IMG/VR virus record: IMGVR_UViG_3300046323_000673
Location: 19,861-83,860 of that record
Strand: one strand, 5' to 3'
Origin: a virus
Length of the DNA: 64,000 bases
In this document: piece after piece, positions 46,256 to 55,438 of the stretch
Position numbering within the stretch: the stretch's first letter is position 1
How the letters are laid out: the number at the start of each line of letters is the position of its first letter
Position numbers and translations under genes: made by a program
Notes under the pieces: model-generated
What the model saw: the letters and a program-made list of their open reading frames with translations, nothing else
Database searches by the model: none
Told to the model about the DNA's origin: nothing

Positions 46256-47227
46256 ATGCGAATCATTAACATTCTCAACCTACTCGAACGGTTGGGAATC
46301 AAAACGAAACCAAAGGGGCGCGAGCTTTGGGCTTGTTGCCCATTGCATGAAGAGCGCACACCGTCCTGGCAGATTCGCGACGACGCTGATGATCCGATCA
46401 AGCACGGGCGATGGCGATGCCTTGGGAAGTGCCACACCGGCGGCGGACCGATATCGCTCGTGATGCACGTGCTCAACCTGGACTCAAAAGCCGCATGGGA
46501 ATGGATCAAGTCGGGAAGCACGCACGAACGCGTTGTGCTGGGTATTGACTTCGATTCGACGGGCCCCGATCTTTCAAGGCATGTGTTTGGGTTTCAAATC
46601 CCCCAAGGGGTTGAGTTTGCGCCCCTGTTTGATTGGCCCAAACCCGCGTCGCAATACCTCGAGCAACGAAAAGTCACGGCTGAACAAGTCGACAAGTGGG
46701 GTATCGGGTTTGCTCGTGATGGGAAGCTCGCGAAGCGTATTGTGTTTCCGTGGCGTGAAGCATCGGGCAAGCTCCTTGGGTACACGGCGCGGGCGTATGT
46801 GCCACACGAGAAGCGATATCTTGAGCCAAGTGAGAAGGAAGGGGCGTCAAGGGGTGCGGTGTTCGGTGAGGAGCACTGGCCCCCGCCGGGTGATGCTCGA
46901 GATGTTGTTGTCGTTGTTGAAGGCGCGTTCGATGGGCTTGCGATTGAACGTGCGACGGGGATCCCGTTCGGTGCGCCGAATGGATCAAACTTCCTCCCCT
47001 CGCATGCGAACAAGATCTCGACGTTCAAAAGGATCATTACCGCGACGGACCCTGATGCAGCGGGGGCGGCGTTCCAAGCGGCGGTTGAGACGTTGTCCCG
47101 TCATTCGCAGGTGATTCCGATTGAATTGCCGATAGATGCAAAGGGCGGAAGGTTTGACCCCGCACGACTTGCGACCGAACGCGGAAACGACGAATTGCGC
47201 AAGATCATCATGGGGGCGATATCGTGA
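46256..47227 (+). CDS. dnaG: DNA primase (CHC2 zinc finger plus TOPRIM)
   Basis: CPLHEERTPS, WRCLGKC, VVEGAFDGL, TDPDAAG. Confidence 0.9.
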   Translation: MRIINILNLLERLGIKTKPKGRELWACCPLHEERTPSWQIRDDADDPIKHGRWRCLGKCHTGGGPISLVMHVLNLDSKAAWEWIKSGSTHERVVLGIDFDSTGPDLSRHVFGFQIPQGVEFAPLFDWPKPASQYLEQRKVTAEQVDKWGIGFARDGKLAKRIVFPWREASGKLLGYTARAYVPHEKRYLEPSEKEGASRGAVFGEEHWPPPGDARDVVVVVEGAFDGLAIERATGIPFGAPNGSNFLPSHANKISTFKRIITATDPDAAGAAFQAAVETLSRHSQVIPIELPIDAKGGRFDPARLATERGNDELRKIIMGAIS

Positions 47228-47565
47228 AGAGTAAGAATCCTGTATCTAGGAAAAACCCTAGTTCGCGTTGGGGACAAACGCTCAATCAATATGGGCTTGC
47301 AGCCGCAATCGAATTGCTGAAGGGTTTACTTGCCGAAACGGGCGGCAATGTTCGTCGTGCGAGTGCATTGCTTGGCAAACGTCGTGAGGACGTGGTTGAC
47401 CTTATCGACAAGCACGGCCTGAAGGGGTACGTTCAAGAGCAGCGGCGACTACTCGCGGACCGAAAGACGCAATCCAAGTCGTGGATTGAACAAACACAGA
47501 AGGAGCTTTGCGATGGACCAGCAGATTCAGGCGATGGCGATGGCGTACCAGGGGATGGCGGCTGA
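47224..47565 (+). CDS. Fis-type HTH protein
   Basis: LAETGGNVRRASALLGKRREDVVDLIDKHGL. Confidence 0.7.
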   Translation: MKSKNPVSRKNPSSRWGQTLNQYGLAAAIELLKGLLAETGGNVRRASALLGKRREDVVDLIDKHGLKGYVQEQRRLLADRKTQSKSWIEQTQKELCDGPADSGDGDGVPGDGG

Positions 47566-47662
47566 AGAGATCTTCGCCGATATGCAGGCGCAAGGGGCGG
47601 AAGCCTTGTTCGTTGACGCGTGGATGGTCGCAAATTATCTCGCGCATCTTGCTAGTGCGTGA
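47513..47662 (+). CDS. 49-aa hypothetical protein (below ORF-track cutoff)
   Basis: AAGGAG RBS; MDQQIQAMAMAY... Confidence 0.45.
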   Translation: MDQQIQAMAMAYQGMAAEEIFADMQAQGAEALFVDAWMVANYLAHLASA

Positions 47663-47698
47663 TGACCGTGGCATGATGCCAGTTGAGGATTCGTCGTC

Positions 47699-48010
47699 AT
47701 GTCATTTCATTATACGAGATTGGGACATTTGATGAACGAGGACAAGTTCGCGGAAGCGGCCGAAATCTTCGTTCAGAAACTTGTCGAATACGAGATCAAA
47801 ACAGCAGCAGCAGAGAACCGTGCAGTTGTTGTAAAGACGAACAAAGCAGCGTTCTCGCGAGATCCCGAGTTTGGGGCGAATTACCGCACGGTGAGTCGCT
47901 GGGCGACGACGCTGCTTGATCACGGGTTCGACGTGATTGGTGAAGCGAAGAAGAAGCTTGAAGCGCACATCGCAAGTTCGGGGCAGGCGACGACGACAAC
48001 GACAAGCTAA
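47699..48010 (+). CDS. hypothetical protein
   Basis: GAGGA RBS; followed by terminator. Confidence 0.6.
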   Translation: MSFHYTRLGHLMNEDKFAEAAEIFVQKLVEYEIKTAAAENRAVVVKTNKAAFSRDPEFGANYRTVSRWATTLLDHGFDVIGEAKKKLEAHIASSGQATTTTTS

Positions 48011-48042
48011 CCAAGTAACCAGGGCGACGAATCCAAATCGAC

Positions 48043-48081
48043 AAACCCGGTGGGACATGTTCTCACCGGGTTTTCGTTTTT
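48043..48081 (+). terminator. rho-independent terminator
   Basis: AAACCCGGTG...CACCGGGTTT followed by TCGTTTTT. Confidence 0.7.
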
Positions 48082-48105
48082 GTTTGGGTCGTGCACAAAT
48101 AATCC

Positions 48106-48134
48106 TCGACAGATAAGACACCATGCCCTAGGCT
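48106..48134 (+). promoter_or_regulatory. promoter related to the duplicated early promoter
   Basis: TCGACA-17bp-TAGGCT, with spacer AGACACCATGCCC nearly matching AGACAACATGCCC of copy B. Confidence 0.55.
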
Positions 48135-48180
48135 TACTCTACCGTTGTGGTTGTGCGACGGCCAAGAAAGTCGAGGGATC

Positions 48181-48984
48181 ATGCGACGCTCATTACGGAC
48201 GATTGATTCGGAGAAGGCGCTTGCCAATTACCTTACAGGTATTGGCATTTTGAAGATGCGATCCGAAGGTGTCGAGTTGGAGGAAGCTGCAAAAAAGAAT
48301 GGCGTGTCGCTTGCGTATGCCTGGTCGTTATCGACGATTGCGCAGCACTTTCCTAAAGAGGTGTTGATGCGGCTCGGGATCGGTAAATGCGAGACCATCT
48401 ACAAGTTGAAGGTGCCAGGTAATCATTTACCCGTGATTTATCGAATTGCGGGTATGTGTTCGATGTACGAATTGCGTCAGACGCTTACCGCTCTTTATGG
48501 TGAGCCGAATGGGCGTGAACGTGTGGCTGTGTTGCAATGCAATTGCAAGGCAAGACGCCCGATTCCTTATGCGCGGTTGTCTATTATGAAATGTGATACG
48601 TGCATTAAATACAAGGAAAGAGCTGAAAACTGCAAATTGATCGGGTTGTGCCGATGTGGAAGAGCAAGGCATGGTGAAAGTAACCGGTGCATATCGTGTA
48701 TTGAGAGTATGAGGAAGCATGACCTAAAACGACGAATTACGCGGGAAGTATTGGATGGTGTTCAAGTTGATCACCATCAAAATCGTATTGAATCTCGTAA
48801 ACAGCGTAGACGTGAACGCGAGGCTAAATACGTCGCGAATGGGTTGTGTCGTTGCGGGAAAACACCTAGCCCTGGATTCCGCTGTTGTGAACGCTGCAAA
48901 ATGAAATTCCGAGCTTGGTCGAAGGCTTACTATGTCAAACGCCCACGTGCGCATTCTAGTTCTGTCGAACAGGCAAGCCAATGA
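48181..48984 (+). CDS. Cys-rich basic hypothetical protein
   Basis: Repeated GLCRCG...CxxC units. Confidence 0.6.
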   Translation: MRRSLRTIDSEKALANYLTGIGILKMRSEGVELEEAAKKNGVSLAYAWSLSTIAQHFPKEVLMRLGIGKCETIYKLKVPGNHLPVIYRIAGMCSMYELRQTLTALYGEPNGRERVAVLQCNCKARRPIPYARLSIMKCDTCIKYKERAENCKLIGLCRCGRARHGESNRCISCIESMRKHDLKRRITREVLDGVQVDHHQNRIESRKQRRREREAKYVANGLCRCGKTPSPGFRCCERCKMKFRAWSKAYYVKRPRAHSSSVEQASQ

Positions 48985-49574
48985 GCACTTACGAGTCAGC
49001 ACCGGCGGTTCAGATGGTCGCGACGACGTGTTGCGTGTGCGGGCGGGCGTTGCTTGACGCTGTATCAGTAAAGAGCGGTATTGGTCCTATCTGCGCAGAT
49101 AAGACGGGTTATGGGCGTGAGAGCATGCCCGAAGCTGAACGTGCTGAGGTCAATCAATTGGTCTACGAGTTGGCTGCGTTGGGACGTGATGCGCGGGCGG
49201 TTGATCGATTGCCGCGACTTCGGGCGCTTGGCTTCCACGACCTCGTTCGGCGTGTCGAGGAACGCCTGCAATCGCTTGTCGAGATTCGCACGGGGCTTAC
49301 TGAACCTACGGAACAGGCTGGACCTGTGCGGGTATGGGTGGAGTTCCCAAAGCTAGAAACGCATGTATTCGACGCGGTGTTGCGGGATCTCAGGTGCGTG
49401 CCGGGTCGACAATGGGTGCGCGACGCATCGGGCAAAACGGGGCGCAATACATTTGATCGAACGCGCGAAGCTTCGAATGCATGGCGGGCATTGCTCGCGA
49501 AGCATTTCCCCGGTCGTGTTGTGTTGGGGCTGAAGGGTTTGTATGTGGTGTGGTCTGACGATGGTGAGCGTTAG
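48981..49574 (+). CDS. DUF6011-like zinc-finger protein
   Basis: CCVCGRALLDAVSVKSGIGPICA. Confidence 0.7.
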   Translation: MSTYESAPAVQMVATTCCVCGRALLDAVSVKSGIGPICADKTGYGRESMPEAERAEVNQLVYELAALGRDARAVDRLPRLRALGFHDLVRRVEERLQSLVEIRTGLTEPTEQAGPVRVWVEFPKLETHVFDAVLRDLRCVPGRQWVRDASGKTGRNTFDRTREASNAWRALLAKHFPGRVVLGLKGLYVVWSDDGER

Positions 49575-49590
49575 GCTGCTTTCCAAATGC

Positions 49591-49620
49591 AAATCCAATT
49601 GGATCGATCCAATTGGATTT
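49591..49620. repeat. 30-bp palindrome copy 16 (exact)
   Basis: Followed by CATCGAGTAACGAAGGGAT, identical to copy 2 flank. Confidence 0.97.
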
Positions 49621-49645
49621 CATCGAGTAACGAAGGGATCGTCTT

Positions 49646-50335
49646 ATGGCTAGAGCGGGTCGTCAGGGTTTGAACGATGCGTTGATGGACTTGCGTGAGG
49701 GAAGGATCAACCTTGCGCGATTCTTTCAGCTTGCGGAAAAGGACATTCAACGAATGGCGGATGCGCTGTATTCGCGGTGGGTGCTTCCGCCGGGCGTGTC
49801 GTCGGATGATCTTTGCCAAGAAATGCGCGTTGGGGTATTGATGCACCGGTGGGATCTCGGTTGGGTTCCTGGTACGCGCAATAAAAAAGGTGCATTGATA
49901 TCAATTAGCGTGCATTTCAATTGGCGAATGCACGTGCACGGCAAACGTTGGCTGCACGAACAACGGGGCGCGCATCGTCGCAGTGGGCATGCAATGTCGA
50001 GGTTCCCGATATGCATGGCATTCTTTCGTGATGATGATTACGAAGGTGACGAGTTTGACCGTTTTGGTCAAACCATTGATTCATCCGCGGCACAAGAGCA
50101 GGCCAATAAGGAAATCGTTTTGGCGGCGTATGACAAGCTGCCTTTTGAGAAGGCCACCGCGTGGGCTGTGTACGTCGCTGAAGGCGATGAAGAGCAGGCG
50201 GCAAAGCGTATCGACGCGTCGGCGGGACTTGGGAGTGCATGCCACGCTTCGACGATTGTCGAGGCTCGCAAGGTGGTAAAGCGGGCAGTGAAGGACGGCC
50301 GGGCGCTTGCTCGTGCCATGAATGCATCGGCGTAG
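49646..50335 (+). CDS. putative sigma70-like transcription factor
   Basis: Region-2-like IQRMA...SDDLCQEMRVGVL...W; region-4-like AYDKLP; 229 aa. Confidence 0.5.
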   Translation: MARAGRQGLNDALMDLREGRINLARFFQLAEKDIQRMADALYSRWVLPPGVSSDDLCQEMRVGVLMHRWDLGWVPGTRNKKGALISISVHFNWRMHVHGKRWLHEQRGAHRRSGHAMSRFPICMAFFRDDDYEGDEFDRFGQTIDSSAAQEQANKEIVLAAYDKLPFEKATAWAVYVAEGDEEQAAKRIDASAGLGSACHASTIVEARKVVKRAVKDGRALARAMNASA

Positions 50336-50355
50336 GGTTGGAGAGGGTCACGATC

Positions 50356-51768
50356 ATGAAGAAGAACGAAATCGATCCGAATACGAAAATCGACATTGCA
50401 GCAGTGAATGAAGAGGTACTCGATGGGTATCTCGTGAAGTTGGGATTGCCCACGAAAGGGATTGTGCCCTTGCGATTGCTTCGACTTCACGAGGCAATGC
50501 AGCTTTTCCCGGACAAATCCAAGTTGGCGAATTGTACGCCCTCAAAAGACAAACCGGGTTGTCGCGGATCGAGTCACGTTGATCTGAATTGTTGCCCGTT
50601 TTGCGGTGATGGCGATGCGGATCAAACGGTCGCATCGCAACGGTCGAATGCAGCCGATCCCGAACAACTCGTGATTGACGAGTTGAAACGTCTCATTGAA
50701 AAGAAACAAGCTGCTGACGAGAAACTTGCTGAGGAGAAACGTGCAGTTGATGAAAGATTTGCTGCTGAATTTGCAGCAAAGGAAAAGGAAAAAAACAAGC
50801 ACGTAACAGTGCCGTCCCCCGTCGCAGGTCAAGCATTGGTTCCCGTGGGGAAAAGCAAACGAGCGGCGAAGAAAACTGCGCAATCAGCTCTCGCGCTTGA
50901 TACGGCGAACACAGCGGTTGTGGATGCACCAAATGCACCATTAACAGCCGAGGATCTTGATATCTCGAACGAGATTATTCGGGATGGTTTCAAGCGTGCC
51001 AAGCTTGGTGTTTACGACGCGGCTGCTGAAATGTTTCGTGTGTTCAGCAATAAGGCGTGGATGCAACGCCGAAACCCGGATGGGACATCGAAGTATAGTT
51101 CGTGGGCGCAATGGGTCAACGCGGAACATGGTTACAGTGAAGACTACGCTTATCAGTTGATTGACCTGCCAAAATTCTTCACTCGTGAGCAGGCAGCGAC
51201 GATTGATCCGACCAAACTGATTCTTTCATTGCGCATCGAAGATTCAGAACGGCGCAAGATGCTTGAGTCTGGTGAACTTGAAAAACTTACGGTTCGTCAG
51301 GTGAAGTCGCGCATTACACAAAATCCTTTAACCGAAGCGCGCAACCCCGAACGAGGCGACAAGGGCTCCAAGGCTTCACACACGCGTCTTCCCGGCGGAA
51401 CCAAGTCGACGTCCAAGGGGACGAACAAACTCGGTTCTGTAGGCACTTCCGCCCCGGCAAACGATACGCCTGCGCCTCCCCCGCCCCGTACACCGGAACG
51501 CATAACGATCCACACGTGCATGCTTCCGACTGCGATCGATTTCAAGATGTTGGCGCGTAATCATTCTGAAGGAAAACCGGATGTTCCCGCGACGGATCTT
51601 AAAGACGACCCGTATGCGTACATTACGTGCGCAAATGGCGTCGAACTTCGACTCCTTGTTTTCAAGGGGCAAGACGGGACGCTGAAGGGGTCACTCACCG
51701 TTGTATCCAATTCGGATCTCGTGTCGCATGAACACGACGAACCGGACCCTGATAACGAAGAGGAATGA
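50356..51768 (+). CDS. hypothetical protein with Zn ribbon, coiled coil and possible HTH
   Basis: CCPFCG; YSSWAQWVNAEHGYSEDYAYQLI. Confidence 0.7.
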   Translation: MKKNEIDPNTKIDIAAVNEEVLDGYLVKLGLPTKGIVPLRLLRLHEAMQLFPDKSKLANCTPSKDKPGCRGSSHVDLNCCPFCGDGDADQTVASQRSNAADPEQLVIDELKRLIEKKQAADEKLAEEKRAVDERFAAEFAAKEKEKNKHVTVPSPVAGQALVPVGKSKRAAKKTAQSALALDTANTAVVDAPNAPLTAEDLDISNEIIRDGFKRAKLGVYDAAAEMFRVFSNKAWMQRRNPDGTSKYSSWAQWVNAEHGYSEDYAYQLIDLPKFFTREQAATIDPTKLILSLRIEDSERRKMLESGELEKLTVRQVKSRITQNPLTEARNPERGDKGSKASHTRLPGGTKSTSKGTNKLGSVGTSAPANDTPAPPPPRTPERITIHTCMLPTAIDFKMLARNHSEGKPDVPATDLKDDPYAYITCANGVELRLLVFKGQDGTLKGSLTVVSNSDLVSHEHDEPDPDNEEE

Positions 51769-51771
51769 GTC

Positions 51772-54315
51772 ATGCAAACACGCTCGTCACGGCGCGCTAA
51801 TGAACGGCGCGCGTACACCAATGCATTTTGGGCAGGGCAACACATTGTGCTTCTGTCCCGTGACGAGCGCGGCGAATTGGTTCGTGAGTTAGTCCCCGCC
51901 GAACACACGTCCTTTATTCGCAAAACAGAATTTGACAAGCATCCGACTTTGCGTGCGGTAATTGAGCAAAGTCGGTTCGTGCTTGGTTGGCGTCCTGAAG
52001 GCGAGTTCATCCGCATATCGTGGACAACCCGCGACAAATCAATTCAAGCAGCCGAGAAGGGCGGGTTTTTCGCAAGTCACGGCATTGACGTGTTTGAAGC
52101 TGACGTTGATCCCGTGCGCCGGTTTGTCACGGATAACCCGATCGATATTCAAAAGCCGAAACGTGCGTATCTTGATTTGGAGACGGACGATCGGGTGAGT
52201 TTTTCCGAGTTGCACAAGATGCGGATCTTGTGTTGGTCGGTCATTTCGCACGATGTTGACCCCGTAACAGGCAAGCAGGTGATGCAAACGGGCGTGCTCG
52301 CGGCTGAAACGATTGAAGCTGAACGCGAGCTATTGAAGTCGCTCTTTGCTGCGCTTGCCGATTACGATCAAGTTGTTGCGTGGAACGGCGATCGTTTTGA
52401 TTTTAAAGTCATTGGACATCGATTGCAAGCGGCGGGACTTGCGGTTGAACTTCGCCGATGGCTTTGGACCGATCAAATGCTTGTGTTTGAACGGTTCGAC
52501 AAGGCGAGTGCAGAGAGCGGCGAAGAAAAGCAGAGTATGTCGCTTGCCGCGGTAGCTGCATCGAAACTAGGCGTGGACGAAAAGAAGCTTGTCGAGCTTG
52601 GTAAAGTGGGCGGGGAACGCACCTATGCAATGTGGGCAGTGGGCGGCGAAAAGCGTAAATGCCTTATCGAGTATTGTGTCGATGACACGTTGAAACAATA
52701 CAAGATTGAATGCAAAACTGGATACCTCGACCTGCTTTATGCAGTCGCGGAAGTAACGCACACGTTTCCCGATACACGCGGTGCGGACCCCATTCAATTC
52801 GTCGAGGGGTTTTTGCTGCGTACAGGCGTCGAACGGGATTATCGATTCCCCACGTGGTACCCGCCCGAAGTAAACGAGAAGGGCGAGCGCGAGAAGTTCC
52901 GCGGCGCGTGGGTACAAGAGCCAACGAAGACGGGGATCTTGCATGACGTGCACGTTGCCGACTTCGCGGGGATGTATCCCACGATCATTATCACGTGGAA
53001 TATGTCGCTCGACACGATGCGCCCAGAAATTCAATTGTCGGAAACATGGCTTACGCGCCCGACATATCGAATGCATTTACCATTGGAACGTTATCCAATC
53101 CCCGAAGGGCATTGCGCAGCGCCGGGCACCGACATTGCATTCGTGAATGAGCCGCAAGGGATTCTTCCCGCGGCGGTGAGTGAAATCATTCGGTTGCGTG
53201 CGCATTGGAACGACGAAAAGAAGAAGCATCCACCAGGCTCGCCTGCATGGCACGACGCGAATCGTCGGAGTGCCGCGTTCAAGATTGTCGCGAATAGCTT
53301 CTACGGTGTGATGGGTTCGGTATGGTCGCGCTTCTTTGATAAGCGACTTGCCGAAAGCGTGACGCAAGCAGGTGTTTGGCTCATTCAGGAGACAAGCAAA
53401 GCAGGTGAAGCGCGGGGCATCAAAACGGTTTACGGCGACACTGATAGCATCTTTTCAATGGGCGTGACAGAAGCAGAGTTTCGATTGTTTGTCGAGTATG
53501 CGAACAATGAGCTGTATCCACGTTTGTTGAAAGGGCAGGGTTGCTCGCGTAACCGAATCAAGCTGGAGTTTGAAAAATCGTTTCGTCTGCTCTTGTTAAT
53601 GGGTAAAAAGCGGTACGCGGGCGCTTATTCGCAATACAAGGGCAAGCGCGCGGATGCGACAAGCAAGCCCGAAATCAAGGGGCTGGAGTTTAAGCGGGGC
53701 GACGTTACGCGGCTTGCTCGCCATTTGCAAAGTGACGTGATTGATTCGATCATGGCGGGTGAGTTGACCCCTGCGAAGTACGAAGAAATCGTGATGCGTT
53801 ACCGGATGCTCTTGCTTGAAGGGCAGGTTGAGCTTGCCGATATTGTGCAATCGAAGGGCTTGTCGAAGTCTTTGCGCGAGTATCAAGCGAAGTCGAAGAA
53901 AGACGGGACGGATAGCGCCCTGCCTGCACACGTGGTTGTCGCGAAAGAACTGAAGAAGCGAGGGCAAGACGTTGGGCAGGGGATTCGCGTCGAGTATTTC
54001 GTGAAGGATTCCAAGACGGACCCTGTTTCGTATGCGCCGGCGGAAGACTGGACAGGCGAGTTCGATCGGTATCACGCGTGGGAGAAGCTTGTTTATCCCG
54101 CGACAGAACGAGTGCTCGCGTGCGCATTCAAGTCGCAAGATTGGACTCGTTTTGCACGGGTTCGGCCGGCGAAGGAAGTCGCGGGGGGCGTGAACCTGTT
54201 CGGCGCGGGAACGCTTGCGGTACCCGTGGGAGGCGTGGCAAAGCGGGTCGTGCGCAAACCATCGTCGAAAGCGAGCACGGGTTCGAATAGGTCGGGGCAA
54301 GGTGACTTGTTCTGA
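51772..54315 (+). CDS. polB: family B DNA polymerase with 3'-5' exonuclease
   Basis: DLET, WNGDRFD, YCVDD; DFAGMYPTII, KIVANSFYG, YGDTDS, KKRY, KGLE. Confidence 0.95.
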   Translation: MQTRSSRRANERRAYTNAFWAGQHIVLLSRDERGELVRELVPAEHTSFIRKTEFDKHPTLRAVIEQSRFVLGWRPEGEFIRISWTTRDKSIQAAEKGGFFASHGIDVFEADVDPVRRFVTDNPIDIQKPKRAYLDLETDDRVSFSELHKMRILCWSVISHDVDPVTGKQVMQTGVLAAETIEAERELLKSLFAALADYDQVVAWNGDRFDFKVIGHRLQAAGLAVELRRWLWTDQMLVFERFDKASAESGEEKQSMSLAAVAASKLGVDEKKLVELGKVGGERTYAMWAVGGEKRKCLIEYCVDDTLKQYKIECKTGYLDLLYAVAEVTHTFPDTRGADPIQFVEGFLLRTGVERDYRFPTWYPPEVNEKGEREKFRGAWVQEPTKTGILHDVHVADFAGMYPTIIITWNMSLDTMRPEIQLSETWLTRPTYRMHLPLERYPIPEGHCAAPGTDIAFVNEPQGILPAAVSEIIRLRAHWNDEKKKHPPGSPAWHDANRRSAAFKIVANSFYGVMGSVWSRFFDKRLAESVTQAGVWLIQETSKAGEARGIKTVYGDTDSIFSMGVTEAEFRLFVEYANNELYPRLLKGQGCSRNRIKLEFEKSFRLLLLMGKKRYAGAYSQYKGKRADATSKPEIKGLEFKRGDVTRLARHLQSDVIDSIMAGELTPAKYEEIVMRYRMLLLEGQVELADIVQSKGLSKSLREYQAKSKKDGTDSALPAHVVVAKELKKRGQDVGQGIRVEYFVKDSKTDPVSYAPAEDWTGEFDRYHAWEKLVYPATERVLACAFKSQDWTRFARVRPAKEVAGGVNLFGAGTLAVPVGGVAKRVVRKPSSKASTGSNRSGQGDLF

Positions 54316-54332
54316 CGGGTAATGTCCTAGCC

Positions 54333-54362
54333 AAATCCAATTGGATCGATCCAATTGGATTT
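54333..54362. repeat. 30-bp palindrome copy 17 (exact)
   Basis: Intergenic; followed by CGTGATG-CATGAT. Confidence 0.97.
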
Positions 54363-54396
54363 CGTGATGCATGATCCACCTAGGAGGTCCTGCATC

Positions 54397-55386
54397 ATGG
54401 CGGACGATGGGTTTCCGGTTGCGAGTAGTGCGAGGTCGAGACGGCGGGGTGCGGCGGGGGTAGCACGCACGCCCCAAGCGTCAATTGATGATTTCCTTGG
54501 CGGGGGATCTTTATCGCGTTCAGCAGCCCCTACGACGTCGGCATTGCCCGATCCGGGTGGATGGGTGAGCGACAAGAGCGGGGTTGAGGTTTATCAAATC
54601 AAGGGACAGTTCGTTCCCCAGTCGCACAATACGATGACGGAACGCGAGATTGCACGGCCAGGTGAATCGGTCGTTGATACGGCTGAATCGAAGTATCCCA
54701 AGGTCGATGCAGTCGCGAGTGGTAAAAGTACCGAAACGTTGGTGGGTGACGATGCGCGTGAGATGGGACGTCGCATTGCCGCGGAAGTTGCGAAAGTGGA
54801 TGCGCCGACGATTATCATGCCCAAAGCAGCATCAGCGCCCGCGATGAACCCGAGCGGGCTTGACGATGCACTTTCCGCGCCTCGCAAGCACAATTCGCCC
54901 GAGCTGTATCCCGCGTATGCGCGCATTATCAAAACCACGTTCAATTTCGATCCTGAGAAGGTTTACGACGAATTGAACGAGAAGCTTCGTTTCAATAAGC
55001 CAATTCGGGATATGGGTTATCTTGAATTGAGCGAAGCACTCGACGAGGCGGCAAGACTGCACCGGGACGCGTCTCGCCTGCACGCGCATGCAAAAGTGAC
55101 GCTCGCGGTGTTCGAGGCTGATTGCGATGCAATGAGCGGCGATATGCGCACACAAGCTTCGAACCAATTGAAGGCTGAAAAGGAAAAGAACGGCGGTAAG
55201 CAGATCACGGACGGGGATGTCACGGCGCGGATGGCATCGCTGTTCCCCGATGAGTACCGGCGTCAAACGCGAATGAAAGCGGAAGCTAAGGCGAGCGCTG
55301 GTGATCTTGAGAATCTTGTCGAGATTTGGAAGATGCGCCGTCGCGAAATCGACACGATGCTTCGCGAGTGCCGTAGCGGCGCGTGA
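54397..55386 (+). CDS. hypothetical protein, helical C-terminus (possible UvsY-like mediator)
   Basis: AGGAGG RBS; position before SSB-like and RecA genes. Confidence 0.6.
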   Translation: MADDGFPVASSARSRRRGAAGVARTPQASIDDFLGGGSLSRSAAPTTSALPDPGGWVSDKSGVEVYQIKGQFVPQSHNTMTEREIARPGESVVDTAESKYPKVDAVASGKSTETLVGDDAREMGRRIAAEVAKVDAPTIIMPKAASAPAMNPSGLDDALSAPRKHNSPELYPAYARIIKTTFNFDPEKVYDELNEKLRFNKPIRDMGYLELSEALDEAARLHRDASRLHAHAKVTLAVFEADCDAMSGDMRTQASNQLKAEKEKNGGKQITDGDVTARMASLFPDEYRRQTRMKAEAKASAGDLENLVEIWKMRRREIDTMLRECRSGA

Positions 55387-55438
55387 TGATTACGGTGGGG
55401 GATTGGCAAGTAACGTAAGAACGCAAGGTGTGAAGGTA

